Origin: Deltaproteobacteria bacterium
Lineage (GTDB): Bacteria > Desulfobacterota > Desulfobulbia > Desulfobulbales > SURF-16
DNA length: 63,334 nt
Direction: 5' to 3'
Assembly: GCA_030667965.1 (NCBI GenBank)
Contig: DAOUUW010000002.1
Location: 1-63,334, forward strand
The translations under genes and the position numbers were made by a program. The stretch's first letter is position 1, and each line of letters begins with the position of its first letter. Below the pieces are notes generated by a model. That model made no database searches. It had not been told where the DNA came from and saw only the letters and a list, made by a program, of their open reading frames with translations. Positions 7,530-18,220 of this stretch are shown in pieces.

Positions 7530-10500
7530 TCAGTCAACAACCTCTACCTTAATAGCGCATAGCTTGTATTCAGGGGTCCTGGACAGACGATCAAGGGCAT
7601 CCAACGTCAGGAGGTTCACAAGCGACTCAATATGGTTATATGTGGTAAAAACAGTACCCGGCTGGGTGCGGTCGGTTATTTTGACACGCAGAACAACGGA
7701 ACCGCGCCGCGAGGTCAGTTTCACCTTGTTTTTTTCTTCAATACCGAAGCGCTCAGCGTCTTCAGGATGTATTTCAGCAAAACATTCAGGGCTGATATTA
7801 TTAATCTGGGATGTTTTACCAGTCATGCTGCTGAAATTATAGCGGGCCAGATCCCTTCCCGTGGTAAACTGCATGGGATACTCATCATCAGCCAGCTCAA
7901 CAGGGGGTATATAGTCTTCGGGAATAAAAAGCCCCCTGCCCCGGGTAAATTTTTCCGTATGCAGTACAGGCGTCCCCGGATGGTCCTCAGTGGGAACCGG
8001 CCACTGCAAACCGACCTTTTCAAGCCGGTCATAGGTGATGCCCCTATATTGAGGAAGAAGAGTGCGAATCTCCTCAAAAATTTCAGCCGGGGAATTACAT
8101 TTCATGTCATAGCCCATCTTCTTGGCAAGATCGCAGAATATCTTCCAATCAGGTCTTGCTTCACCGGGCGGATCTACAGCCTTTCGTACCCGCTGAACAC
8201 GGCGCTCGGTACAGGAAAATGTCCCGTCTTTTTCAGCATAACAGGCAGCAGGCAGAACAACATCAGCCATCTCCGCCGTTTTGGTAAGAAAAATATCCTG
8301 AACCACTAGAAAATCACATTTCTCCAGGGCTCCCTGAACATGGGAAATATTGGCATCAGCTACGGCAGGATCCTCACCAAAAATATAGAGGGAACGAATA
8401 TTACCATTCATAATATTGTCCCACACCTCGGTGGCAGGTTTCCCGGGCCGCCTGGGCAGCTTGACCTGCCACAGTTTCTCGTATTTATTAAACAGATCTT
8501 CGTCACCCAATCCGCCATAACCGGGCAGCGTATTAAAAAGAGCGCCCATATCACAGGCGCCCTGCACGTTGTTCTGACCGCGCAGAGGATTACAGCCACC
8601 TCCTGCCACGCCGACCTTGCCGCACAACATGGCCAGGTTAGCAATGCTTTTTACCCGGTCCGTACCTGTCACATAATGGGTAATACCCATTCCATGGTAA
8701 ATGGCGTGTCGTCCAGGTGCTGCAAACATACGGGCAACCGTACGAATCTGTTGGGCCGGAATGCCGCAGATTTTCTCCACCATTTCAGGCGGATACTTTT
8801 TAACCAGCCGTTCCAGTTCATCAAAGTCTTCTGTTCTCTCCTCGACAAACTTCCTGTCCAGCAGATCTTCTTCAATGATGACCTTCATAAAGGAGTTAAG
8901 CAGGGCAACATCAGTGCCCGGATTGATACGCAGCCACTGGTCGGCCCGGTCGGCCAGACGTGTCCTGCGGGGATCAACCACGACCAGCTTCGCTCCCCTG
9001 TCAAGGGCCTGATGAATACGCAAACCGATAGTGGGATGGCTGGTATCAGGATTACTGCCGATCATGAGAAAGAGATCGGTATTCTTAGCGTCTTCAATGG
9101 AGTTTGTCATTGCGCCGCTGCCGAACGTGAGGGCCAAACTGGCCACCGTGGGAGCGTGTCAGAGTCGTGCGCAGTGATCGATATTATTTGTACCGATCAC
9201 CGTGCGCATAAACTTCTGCATGAGATAATTTTCTTCATTGGTCGCCCTGGCGCAGGAAAAACCAGCGATTGAGTCCGGGCCATACATGGCCTTTATATCA
9301 AAAAAATTGCGGGCCACAATCTCAAAAGCATCATCCCAGCTTGTTTCCACTAAATGGCCGTTGCGTCTGACAAGGGGTTTTTTCAGCCTGGATTTGTCAC
9401 GAACAAACTCATGGGCGAAACGGCCTTTGACGCAGAGGGCACCATAATTAGGCGCTAAATCCGGGTCTCCGGTAATCTCCATGATCGTATTACCCTTCAC
9501 CTTGAGAACCAGCTGACAGCCTGCACCACAATATGGGCAGGTTGTTCGAACTTCTTTCACTTCCTCATGGACAATGGGCACGAGGGATGCTTTTTTAACC
9601 AGGGCCCCGGTTGTACAGCTTTCCGCACATTTTCCGCAATTGACACAATTGTCTTTAAAGACAAGCTTTAAGGACCGGCCAACACCGTTTTCATCAATCT
9701 CTCCAGCTGTCACCTCCAAAGCATTGTATTCACAGCTGTTGGCGCAGGTCTGGCAGAAAATACATTTGTTAAGATCAACGCTGATGACAGGATGAGAATC
9801 ATCTTTTGCATATACCGGCTTTATCCCCATGCCGGTTTTATTGATATTTACCTTATAATCAATATCCAGCCGTTTGAGATCACAGGTATCAAAAGCCCTG
9901 CAACCGCAGGAAAGGCATCTATCAGCTTCCTTTTTGGCCATCTGTTCATTAAAACCGAGCTTTACCTCATCAAAGTCATGCCTGCATATCTCAGGAGGCC
10001 TTGTCGGCATTTTTTCCCGCAGTTTGATATTAACACCGTCGAAATTAGAAAGATCGACTTGATCAAAAGACTTGCCGCGGGTAAAATTAAAACGATCATC
10101 AGCCGGGGCTTTGCGCACATCCATAATGTGAGCATGAATATTTTCCGCTGCCCTTCTTGCCGCAACAACGGACTGAATTACCGTGCGGGTACCGTTCACC
10201 GCATCTCCAGCGGCAAATACACCGGGTACCGATGTGGTAAAATCACGAGGTGAGGCAATAATGGTATTTTTGTCCGAAACCTCAATGGCCTCTTCAAGCT
10301 TACCACCCTTAAAACCGTCATCGCACGCCATCTGTCCGAGTGAGGAAACAAGAGTGTCAACATGAAGGATATTGCTTGTGCCGGGGATAGCCTCGGGATA
10401 CCTGGCCCCTTTTGCGTCGGGCTCACCAAGTTTCATCCTTATCAACTCAACGGTAAGTCCTCCATCACCAGGCTGACATACATCGCTGTTTTCCGACTCG

Positions 10501-11666
10501 CATATCTGTACTGGAGAAGCCATGAGGAGAAACTGCACTCCTTCCCTTTCAGCCTCTCTGATAATACGCTGATTGGCCGGCATCTCTTCCTGTGAACGGG
10601 GATAAATAACCGTTACTTCAGCAACGTTCCGGCGCAACAGACAACGGGCAACTTCCATGGCAATATTATTGCCGCCGATGACCGCAGCACGACGTCCATA
10701 GTCTTTCTTTCTGCCTACGGCAACATCCTTGAGAAAATTTGCCGCAGAAAGAACCTGTGGCAATCTCCCACCGGGAATTTCAAGAGGTTTATCTATACCG
10801 GCACCGGTGGCGATCATGACGGCTGCATACCCATGATCTTTTAAATCCTGAATGGTAAAATCAACGCCCCATTTCTGGCTGAGCTTGACTGAAATGCCCA
10901 TACGCAGAATCATGTTCATTTCATAATCAAGCACATCACGGGGAATCTTATATTCAGGAATGCCGTAACGAAGCATACCTCCGAGTTTCGGGTTGGCTTC
11001 GTAAACGGTTACATCATGTCCCTTGCGGATAAGATAAAATGCTGCTGTCAAACCGGTTGGGCCACCACCTATGACGGCAACCCGCTTACCTGTCGGTTTA
11101 TCGCGGGGAATTTTCAGGTCGATATTGTGGGTCATGCACCAATCAGCAACAAAACGCTTCAAATGGTTTATTGAAACAGGTTCATCAACAAGAATACGGC
11201 GGCAGCGGGTTTCACAGAAACGAGGACAGACACGTCCGACGGAAAAAGGTAGTGGATTACGCTCCATGACAAGCCGCATGGCTTCTTCATATTCACCCTT
11301 ACTCACGTGAGCAATATATCCCTGGACATTGATCTGTCCGGGACAGGTGAAATTACATGGCGCCGTACAGTCGCCGAAATGGCTGGACGAAATAATGGCC
11401 AGCCTGTCCTGACGATGTTTTCTGAGGGCGGCTGTGTCGGTCTGCACCTTCATGCCGTCCTTAGCCAATGCAACGCAGGAGCGAACAGGCTCGTCAATGC
11501 CCTCGATTTCCACGACACACATGCCGCACGGAGCTTCACTATTCTTGCCGTTTGTCGAACAGAGAGTTGGTATTGCTATATCTGCCCGTCCGGCGACTTC
11601 AAGGATTGTCAAGCCGGATTCGGCGACAATTTCCATGCCGTTTATTTCAATATTTATTGTCGACAT
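7530..11666 (-). CDS. fdhA: fused NAD(P)H-linked formate dehydrogenase: 2Fe-2S + GltD/SfrB-like flavin-NAD(P) domain + 4Fe-4S + Mo/W-bisPGD catalytic domain; selenocysteine UGA at 9159-9161
   Basis: ORF 9159..11666 ends ...NNIDHCARL. After the TGA the same frame reads HAPTVASLALTFGSGAMTNS, the start of ORF 7530..9146. CARx-U-H is the FDH active-site Sec context. The N-terminal part has an INGxxI..CGMC 2Fe-2S motif, RVCPRFCE plus VAVIGGGPTGLTAA (GltD-like), and TTCPYCGAGCQL. A GGCC-AGUUU-GGCC hairpin (9132-9144) follows the UGA. Confidence 0.9.
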
Positions 11667-11829
11667 AAAGCTGGTCTGATCGTCCTGTTGTTCTTGCTTG
11701 TCTTGCTTTTATTCGTCCTGCACCAATCTGATCAACCGATTACTCAGCTGTCATCATTTGACAAATTAACAAGTCAGTTGCTAACTATTCAGCCAAAGGC
11801 TGATACGTTTCAAATTCTCAATAATGGAG

Positions 11830-13185
11830 CTATGCAGCCGGCTTCCACTCTTTCAGGAATGCGGGCAGATGACCAGCTTCCCGGGGACCGATAATAATAG
11901 TCCAGCCCGGCAGTTCCTCTTCAAGCTCACCTTTAAGGCTGGCAAGATAACCGGGAATAATAAGGTCACGATGCTTAACCTTATCGAGGATTCCCGATTT
12001 ATTAATAAATTGGGCAATCAGGTCGGCGCCAAATTTTCCGGCCGCCCACGCTGTAAGAACTGAAAGTCCCTCCGTATCTTTTATCAGCAACCATGAAGGG
12101 ACCTTACTGCCCTCAATCTCACCGGAAACAATAAAATAGGTAAGTGAGAAATTACAGGTGATAAGCATCGGTGAATTCTCATCCGGACCATTAATATTAT
12201 ACACATCCTCCTGAACCACCATGGGCCGCTGGGGATCGGTGAAGATGTTGAGCTGCTCAAGGAGAAGTGGGAAGAGAATGTCGCCCTGCAAATCAGAAAG
12301 AACAACAATTCCGGCATATTTAGCAATAAGCACGGATGAAATCATTGCCTCCATCATCGGATCATCTGTCATTTCACAGGGAAAGGAAATGATGGGAAAA
12401 CCAAGTGGTTTAAACTTGGATTTAATTGCAGCACGGCGGCTAACCACATTATCCTCAAGGCAGGCCCTTAAAGTACGTGCACCACTGTCAATCACCAGAT
12501 CTTTCAATCCTTCCGCCTGGAGTTTCTCGGAAAGCTCAACAGTACCGTCAAGATTTGAACCACGGAGTCCCAATGGACATCCCGCCTCTTTGGCCATTAC
12601 TGCCATCTCTGCTGCATTATCGGCAGTTGCCCCATAGAGAAGCGGAGTGCGATCACCACATATTTTAGCGCCTGCAGCAAGATTAACAGCCTTGTCACTC
12701 ATGAGAATGAGACTGGCTCTTGCAGATCCATCGATCACTTTCCGCACAAGGGCGGTAAATTTCCCCTGGTCACCGTCAGCGTCTTTCACGGCAATGAGAT
12801 CAGCCTGCATTATGACACCGACACGCTCATAACTCAGAGAATTGAACCGCTCAATTCGACCATCAACATCGGCATCGGACATGGCAGTTGTGACAAGTAC
12901 AGCGATACCCGTGGGATTCTCAAATCGTTTCTCATGACGAAAAAGGCACGTCTCACCGCCGGTTGTAAAAGCGGAATCACCGGAACCGAATTTAATGGTT
13001 CTGATTGGCGGGGCAGATGCTTCACTGATAGTTGCCTTGGTCTCATCTGTGACGTAAGGACATTTTTCAATCTCAGCCTGACCGGCCGCAACTTTCATGG
13101 CAAAGGCGAGGCAGGTGGGAATCGCGCACTCCCCGCAATTCTTCTTGGGGAGCATTTTAAGGATTTGTATCCCGGTAAGAGCCAT
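11830..13185 (-). CDS. acsC: corrinoid iron-sulfur protein large subunit (CODH/ACS gamma)
   Basis: The N-terminal 4Fe-4S motif is LPKKNCGECAIPTCLAFAMKVA...CPYV. Size is 451 aa. It sits between acsB and fdhA. Confidence 0.88.
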   Translation of the reverse strand: MALTGIQILKMLPKKNCGECAIPTCLAFAMKVAAGQAEIEKCPYVTDETKATISEASAPPIRTIKFGSGDSAFTTGGETCLFRHEKRFENPTGIAVLVTTAMSDADVDGRIERFNSLSYERVGVIMQADLIAVKDADGDQGKFTALVRKVIDGSARASLILMSDKAVNLAAGAKICGDRTPLLYGATADNAAEMAVMAKEAGCPLGLRGSNLDGTVELSEKLQAEGLKDLVIDSGARTLRACLEDNVVSRRAAIKSKFKPLGFPIISFPCEMTDDPMMEAMISSVLIAKYAGIVVLSDLQGDILFPLLLEQLNIFTDPQRPMVVQEDVYNINGPDENSPMLITCNFSLTYFIVSGEIEGSKVPSWLLIKDTEGLSVLTAWAAGKFGADLIAQFINKSGILDKVKHRDLIIPGYLASLKGELEEELPGWTIIIGPREAGHLPAFLKEWKPAA

Positions 13186-13236
13186 TATTTATCTCCTATT
13201 AATAAGCATATATAAAAAATTTCAATAGCCCTATGG

Positions 13237-15441
13237 CTACATTGCAGTTTCCATTTCCAGGGCGGGATGTCCTTTCTCTTTCAAGAATGCAAGAACCTCC
13301 TCTTCAGAGGTGCCCACTTCCTCATCGGCAATCATATCGAAGAGCTCGGGCATACCAATTGCCTCACAGCGTGCAATAAGTTTGTCTTTGAGTTCTTCCT
13401 TCAACATTTTAGGCAGCCAGACAACCCTTTCCAGACCGCCTTCAGCCATAAAGAGCTTGGCGCTGGTCAGATAATGCTTGCTGACACCCATGAAACCGGG
13501 AGTCTGCGCGCCACCGCCTGCCATACCGGCAAGTGATGTAAATTTCATACCACTGGGGGTCATCCCCATATAGTCACGGTTCACAACCATAATACCATTA
13601 CACTGGGGCAACATGGCGGCAATGGCCTCAAAACAACCACAGGCTGTCATTGGATTATTCATCAGGGAATAACAGCTGACCTCAGGTACCGCACCGCGGG
13701 AAGCCTGATTAACAAAATCATTGATGCCGGCAAAAGCGCCAAGTTCAGCGTCGACACACTCGCCTTTTTCAATGGGCTGATTCGGGCCGGTGGGATTTAT
13801 CTGGTAAGAAGCCTTGCCGTCAAGCCAGTTGTATGCACCGCACATGCCGACCCTTTCAGGGGTGATAACACAGACATGGCTTGGAGCAAAAGACTGGCAC
13901 AGGGTGCATGAGTAGAAGACCTCCTCGGTCTCATCCGTCATGCTGCCAAGACGTTTATCACGTTCCTCATAAACACCTTTGGCAAGTTCCTTAACCTCCT
14001 CAACCTTTTCCTGAATGGTGTATATCTTCACCTGAACTTTATCAAGGATTGCACCGAATTCCTGGTGCAGCTTGCCGTGCAGCACCTTGCCGATATGTTT
14101 GAAGGAAAATCCTTTTTCAACGGCAGCCTTACCAATACGAACCCACATGATATTCCGCTGGCCGATATGCATGATACCTTGCACATAGTTAATCAGGTGG
14201 TGGAACTGACGCTCCAGAATGGGCTCGAAATCCGACTGCATCTCACGACCTGCAACTTCTACAAGGATAGCCAGGGGCAGATTCTCACCCTGGCTGATAT
14301 CTGAAATATCCTTGCCCTCAAGAATGACCTCGCCATCGGTAATCTCATTCATATCCTTGGAGACGAGAACCTCAACACCACTGGTCCGACCACCGCCGCA
14401 TTCCATGTACAGATCATCCTTTCTGATCCTCTCACCTTCAAAGGCCGGACCAAAAGACATGGGGATATCAATTTTAGCAATATTGACCTTCAGTCCGCGT
14501 ACCTCGATGGCTTTCTGGACGATTTCATCATGGGGTACATTGCTGACAACATGTTCATAGGTACAGATACCGGTGGGCAGAACCTCGGGTATATCGTAAT
14601 CGGAAATAGTGGGGAAGCCCCAGTTGATGGCACCGGCTGCATTGGCGTACCACTCGTCACTGACCGGACCAAAAGCCATGACAAAGGCAAAGGTCCTGTC
14701 TTTGTTATAAATTAAATTGCCTTTATAATCTCCGGGCTTAATGCCGCCGAAAGCCATGGCAACACGGCAGGCAAAACCAATGGCAAAAACAGCAGTGGTG
14801 TAACTGTCGCCAAAAGGAACGAGACGGGTATTCCAGCCTAGCTGGACATTATTGTTTACCAGCTGCTGCGGCATATTTATTCCGTTTGACTGGTCATGCA
14901 TGAAAATGTAAAGATTTTTTTCCTGCAGTTCCAGGGCAATTCTACTGGCCACATCCTTGTCTGCCGGAGAGCCCATGATAGCGGCAAAACCCGGAGCAGT
15001 GCCGTCTACAAACTCAACACCGCGTTTGCGGAAAATAACATCGTCGGCAGCACCAAGCCAGAAATTGGAATCTGTCGGATCTTCTGTTTTGGTATAGTAT
15101 TCAGGCTGCTCTAAATAACGAATAGACTCATACATCTCCTCGGCAAAGAATGTTGCCATACCAGCGTCGAGAGCCGGGGCCAGATAAGGCAGCCAGACAT
15201 TATCAGTGACCAGATCAGGCATCAGCTTACGACATTCCAGGAAAATATCTTTCATATCACCAAGTTTTTCGACCTTGGCGCCCAGCATACTGTAAATGAC
15301 CGGCAAAAAGTAAGCGGTATTGGGAAAAGAGATTTCCTGATCAGCACCATATTTCTGCAACGCCGCCTCAAATTTTTCCTCAGCCATATCCACGATTTTA
15401 TGTGCACCACGGATAGCGGCTGAACAGATTATTTTTGACAT
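13237..15441 (-). CDS. acsB: acetyl-CoA synthase catalytic subunit (A-cluster)
   Basis: The N-terminus is AAIRGAHKIV..FPNTAYFLPVIY. Cluster cysteines are CTLCQSFAPSHVCVITPERVGMCGA and the bridging ACGCFE motif. Size is 734 aa. Confidence 0.93.
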   Translation of the reverse strand: MSKIICSAAIRGAHKIVDMAEEKFEAALQKYGADQEISFPNTAYFLPVIYSMLGAKVEKLGDMKDIFLECRKLMPDLVTDNVWLPYLAPALDAGMATFFAEEMYESIRYLEQPEYYTKTEDPTDSNFWLGAADDVIFRKRGVEFVDGTAPGFAAIMGSPADKDVASRIALELQEKNLYIFMHDQSNGINMPQQLVNNNVQLGWNTRLVPFGDSYTTAVFAIGFACRVAMAFGGIKPGDYKGNLIYNKDRTFAFVMAFGPVSDEWYANAAGAINWGFPTISDYDIPEVLPTGICTYEHVVSNVPHDEIVQKAIEVRGLKVNIAKIDIPMSFGPAFEGERIRKDDLYMECGGGRTSGVEVLVSKDMNEITDGEVILEGKDISDISQGENLPLAILVEVAGREMQSDFEPILERQFHHLINYVQGIMHIGQRNIMWVRIGKAAVEKGFSFKHIGKVLHGKLHQEFGAILDKVQVKIYTIQEKVEEVKELAKGVYEERDKRLGSMTDETEEVFYSCTLCQSFAPSHVCVITPERVGMCGAYNWLDGKASYQINPTGPNQPIEKGECVDAELGAFAGINDFVNQASRGAVPEVSCYSLMNNPMTACGCFEAIAAMLPQCNGIMVVNRDYMGMTPSGMKFTSLAGMAGGGAQTPGFMGVSKHYLTSAKLFMAEGGLERVVWLPKMLKEELKDKLIARCEAIGMPELFDMIADEEVGTSEEEVLAFLKEKGHPALEMETAM

Positions 15442-15478
15442 TGTATTTGCTCCTTCTCAGATTATCTAAAATACGGTC

Positions 15479-18157
15479 TTACGCCATCAAACTTTTGACA
15501 AGAGATTTCGTAAGATTAATGGCCTTTGGATGCCTCATGATCAACACTTCTCCACCGGCGAGCAGCATACATACAGCTGTAATCGCCTCCATCATGATCC
15601 CGCGGCGTTCCTGATCTCCTATCAATGCATCGGAGGGCATACGGCATTCTTTTGCTTTCCACACTTCACGACCAAGATTACAAATGATCGGCACCTGTAG
15701 TTTTTCATCCTGCTGGGTCAGAGCGGCTATACGAATACGTTCCATGACGGAATAGGTATATTCAATACCGTATCCAAGCGCCCCGACAGACGGATCCATC
15801 ATAACTGACTCGAGTGAAACACCGAGATTTTCAAGAAGAATATTAAGCTGTTTGGCAAGGTTCACATCAATGGGAGATGCGGCAACCATTGGATGCTGGA
15901 ATGCCATTGCCGTTGCTCCGAGAGAGCGAAAATTTCCATCAGATAAGGGTGCCAGGCAGACTTTTTTGTCGCCGACAAGAGCGGTTATTTCACGAAGTGT
16001 CTCCGTATCTTTATCTGCATTACCGCAACCCCAGATGATGGTGGGAACGTCGATGTTGTTAATGACTTCAGCAGCCGCTTTTGCTGCTTCGGCAGCATTC
16101 CTGTTCAATCCGTTAGGATCGGTGCTGACAAGGGAAAGACAGATGGCTTCGGCCTGATAGTCATCAATGCATTTTTTCGCCCATGCCGGAGGATTATCAA
16201 GCACACCTTCAAAATGTCTGGTCAATGTCTCGGGCCACTCGTCAGGAGCAACATCGAGAATATCCATGGCAATGACGGGTTTATTGGGCATAGCGCCTTC
16301 AAACAGATAAAATGGCAAGGACTGCTCGCCACCAACTGTGAGCGCTGTATCACCACTGCCCAAAATTGTCTGTTTGATTTCTCCGGTATATTTCACTGCG
16401 TATGAAGCAGCCGGTACCTTTGTAGCACGTTCAGCAAGGGGGATTTTTTCCGCTGCAATTTCGGCTGCGGCCAGATCGCCGGTAGGAGGGGCTGCTATTT
16501 TGACGGCAACTTTTTTGTCAGCCTCCTGAGCCTTACCGGCCTCTTCTGCTGCTTTTGCTGCCGCTTCTTTTTCAGCTGCCGTTTTTGCCTCAGCTGCGAC
16601 TTTTGCCTCAGCCGATTTTTTGGCTGCAGCTGCCTCTTCGGCAGCCTTTCCGTCTGCAGCCTTTTTGGCATCCTCAGCTACTTTTGCTTCTTCTGCTTTT
16701 TTTGCCAGTGCCGCCTCTACAGCAGATTTTGCCTCAGCTGCTTTTCCGGCTTCATCGGCTGCCTTGGCTTCTGCCGCTTTTTTAGCCTCCACACTGGCTG
16801 CATCGTCCTTGACCGGCGCTGCAGGTGCAGCGGAAGAAGGGACTGCGGTCTCAGTAGGTCGTTTCAGGACTGCCTCGGCACGGGCAAAATTCGCCAGGGC
16901 TTCAAACTGGTCATCGGTCAGATTAAAAGCCTTTCTCAAGGCATCAAGTCCCATTTGCACAGACTGCAACGCCATCTGACGTTCTTTTTCGTTCATGTCA
17001 TGCTCTCCTGCATCATCATATTCCGTGGCTACGCCGGCTTTTACTGATGGAACAGCTTCAGCCCGCATTTTTTCAACTTCAGTACGGGCTGCGGCTACGA
17101 TTTTCTCAGCCTCAGCCTTGGCGTCTGCCAGAAGTTTATCAGCACCAACAGTAACTTCTGCCGTTTCAACAACTTTATCGGATGCAGGGACAGCAACTTC
17201 TATAGCTTCCTCAGCAACCTTTTGCGGTACATCATCATCAAGGACCGGACGATCGGAAAGTCCCGCCCGCTTGACTATCTCAGCGACTGCTTCCTCCCAT
17301 TCGATAGCCATGATGTGAACACCGGCAACTCCTTTGATTTCTTTTACCTGGTTTATGACATCAACACAGATATTGATCCCTTCATCCTGTTTATCGGACG
17401 CATCCTGCATACGCCGAATGACGTCATCTGTGACATCCATACCGGGAACAAATTTTTTCATATATCTTGCCATACCAACGGATTTAGGCGGTGTAACACC
17501 GGCAAGAATATATACATTTTCATGGATACCGAGATCACGAACCATTTCCATGAATTTGGCAAACCTTTCAACATTATAAATGATCTGCGTCTGGACAAAA
17601 TCAGCGCCGTTGGCAACCTTTTTACCGAGACGTGGCGCACGAAACTCAAAAGGATTGGCAAAGGGATTAGCTGCACAACCGAGAAAGAGCTTCGGCTCTG
17701 CGCCCTTGATGGCCTCGCCGCACTGAAACTTTTTCTCATCACGCATGGAACGTACCATGCCGAGAAGCTGGATGGAGTCCATGTCGAAAACACCCTTGGA
17801 ACCGGGATGATTGCCGAACTTCTGATGATCACCGGTGAGGCAGAGAAGATTTTTCAGTCCCAGGGCGGAAGCTCCGAGAATATCACTCTGCATACCGATC
17901 CTGTTTCTGTCACGGCATGTCATCTGGATAACCGGCTCAACACCTTCCTGCAGGGTTATGAGCCCTGCGGCAATGCTTGACATCCGCACAATAGCGGTCT
18001 GGCAGTCGGTTATATTAGCTGCATCGACATGGCCTTTCAGCATTCTTGCCTTTTTCCTGACAACTTCAGGGTCACTGCTTTTGGGCGGTCCCAATTCTCC
18101 GGTTACCGCAAATTTCCCGGATGTCAGAATTCTTTCTAAACGACTTCCCGATTTCAT
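15479..18157 (-). CDS. fusion protein: methylenetetrahydrofolate reductase (MetF) + long Ala/Glu/Lys-rich linker + corrinoid Fe-S protein small subunit (AcsD/CdhD)
   Basis: The first ~300 aa resemble acetogen-type MetF (FAVTGELGPP..., CLTGDH, ANPFA, GADFVQTQ). The last ~300 aa resemble AcsD (LGSGDTALTVGGEQSLPFYLFEG..., IIWGCGNADKD, VMERIRIAAL). Between them are ~280 aa including a low-complexity AEAKAA-type stretch. It is one uninterrupted 892-aa ORF. Confidence 0.8.
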   Translation of the reverse strand: MKSGSRLERILTSGKFAVTGELGPPKSSDPEVVRKKARMLKGHVDAANITDCQTAIVRMSSIAAGLITLQEGVEPVIQMTCRDRNRIGMQSDILGASALGLKNLLCLTGDHQKFGNHPGSKGVFDMDSIQLLGMVRSMRDEKKFQCGEAIKGAEPKLFLGCAANPFANPFEFRAPRLGKKVANGADFVQTQIIYNVERFAKFMEMVRDLGIHENVYILAGVTPPKSVGMARYMKKFVPGMDVTDDVIRRMQDASDKQDEGINICVDVINQVKEIKGVAGVHIMAIEWEEAVAEIVKRAGLSDRPVLDDDVPQKVAEEAIEVAVPASDKVVETAEVTVGADKLLADAKAEAEKIVAAARTEVEKMRAEAVPSVKAGVATEYDDAGEHDMNEKERQMALQSVQMGLDALRKAFNLTDDQFEALANFARAEAVLKRPTETAVPSSAAPAAPVKDDAASVEAKKAAEAKAADEAGKAAEAKSAVEAALAKKAEEAKVAEDAKKAADGKAAEEAAAAKKSAEAKVAAEAKTAAEKEAAAKAAEEAGKAQEADKKVAVKIAAPPTGDLAAAEIAAEKIPLAERATKVPAASYAVKYTGEIKQTILGSGDTALTVGGEQSLPFYLFEGAMPNKPVIAMDILDVAPDEWPETLTRHFEGVLDNPPAWAKKCIDDYQAEAICLSLVSTDPNGLNRNAAEAAKAAAEVINNIDVPTIIWGCGNADKDTETLREITALVGDKKVCLAPLSDGNFRSLGATAMAFQHPMVAASPIDVNLAKQLNILLENLGVSLESVMMDPSVGALGYGIEYTYSVMERIRIAALTQQDEKLQVPIICNLGREVWKAKECRMPSDALIGDQERRGIMMEAITAVCMLLAGGEVLIMRHPKAINLTKSLVKSLMA

Positions 18158-18220
18158 TCGGTTCTATCCTTATAAATTGTATCTTTTATCTTTGAGGGCA
18201 AAAGTGCTTAGTTCAATGGC

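Noticed and set aside
4074-9161. Stop codons splitting fdhA (9159-9161), hdrA (7166-7168) and mvhD (4074-4076) could mean three pseudogenes.
   Set aside because: All three stops are TGA. The reading frame continues unchanged across each. Each falls on a column that is Cys or Sec in the respective families (CARx-U-H, DCSx-U-ILAPK, GG-U-xxGxCHY). Hairpins follow at least two of them. Selenocysteine recoding is the better explanation.
8340-9272. Long plus-strand ORFs (310 aa here; also 7632..8309, 17222..17980, 24674..25570, 26924..27784) and minus-strand ORFs (50184..50870, 51303..52319) lie antisense to well-supported genes.
   Set aside because: Each lies entirely opposite a gene with strong family motifs (fdhA, metF, fhs, nifS, leuB, the binding protein). 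Their translations are low-complexity or motif-free. They are typical shadow ORFs.
16555-16979. Plus-strand Ala/Leu/Pro-rich ORFs (76 and 119 aa) lie in the 16.5-17.0 kb region.
   Set aside because: They are the antisense image of the Ala/Glu/Lys-rich linker of the MetF::AcsD fusion. GC-rich GCN/NGC repeats stay open on both strands.
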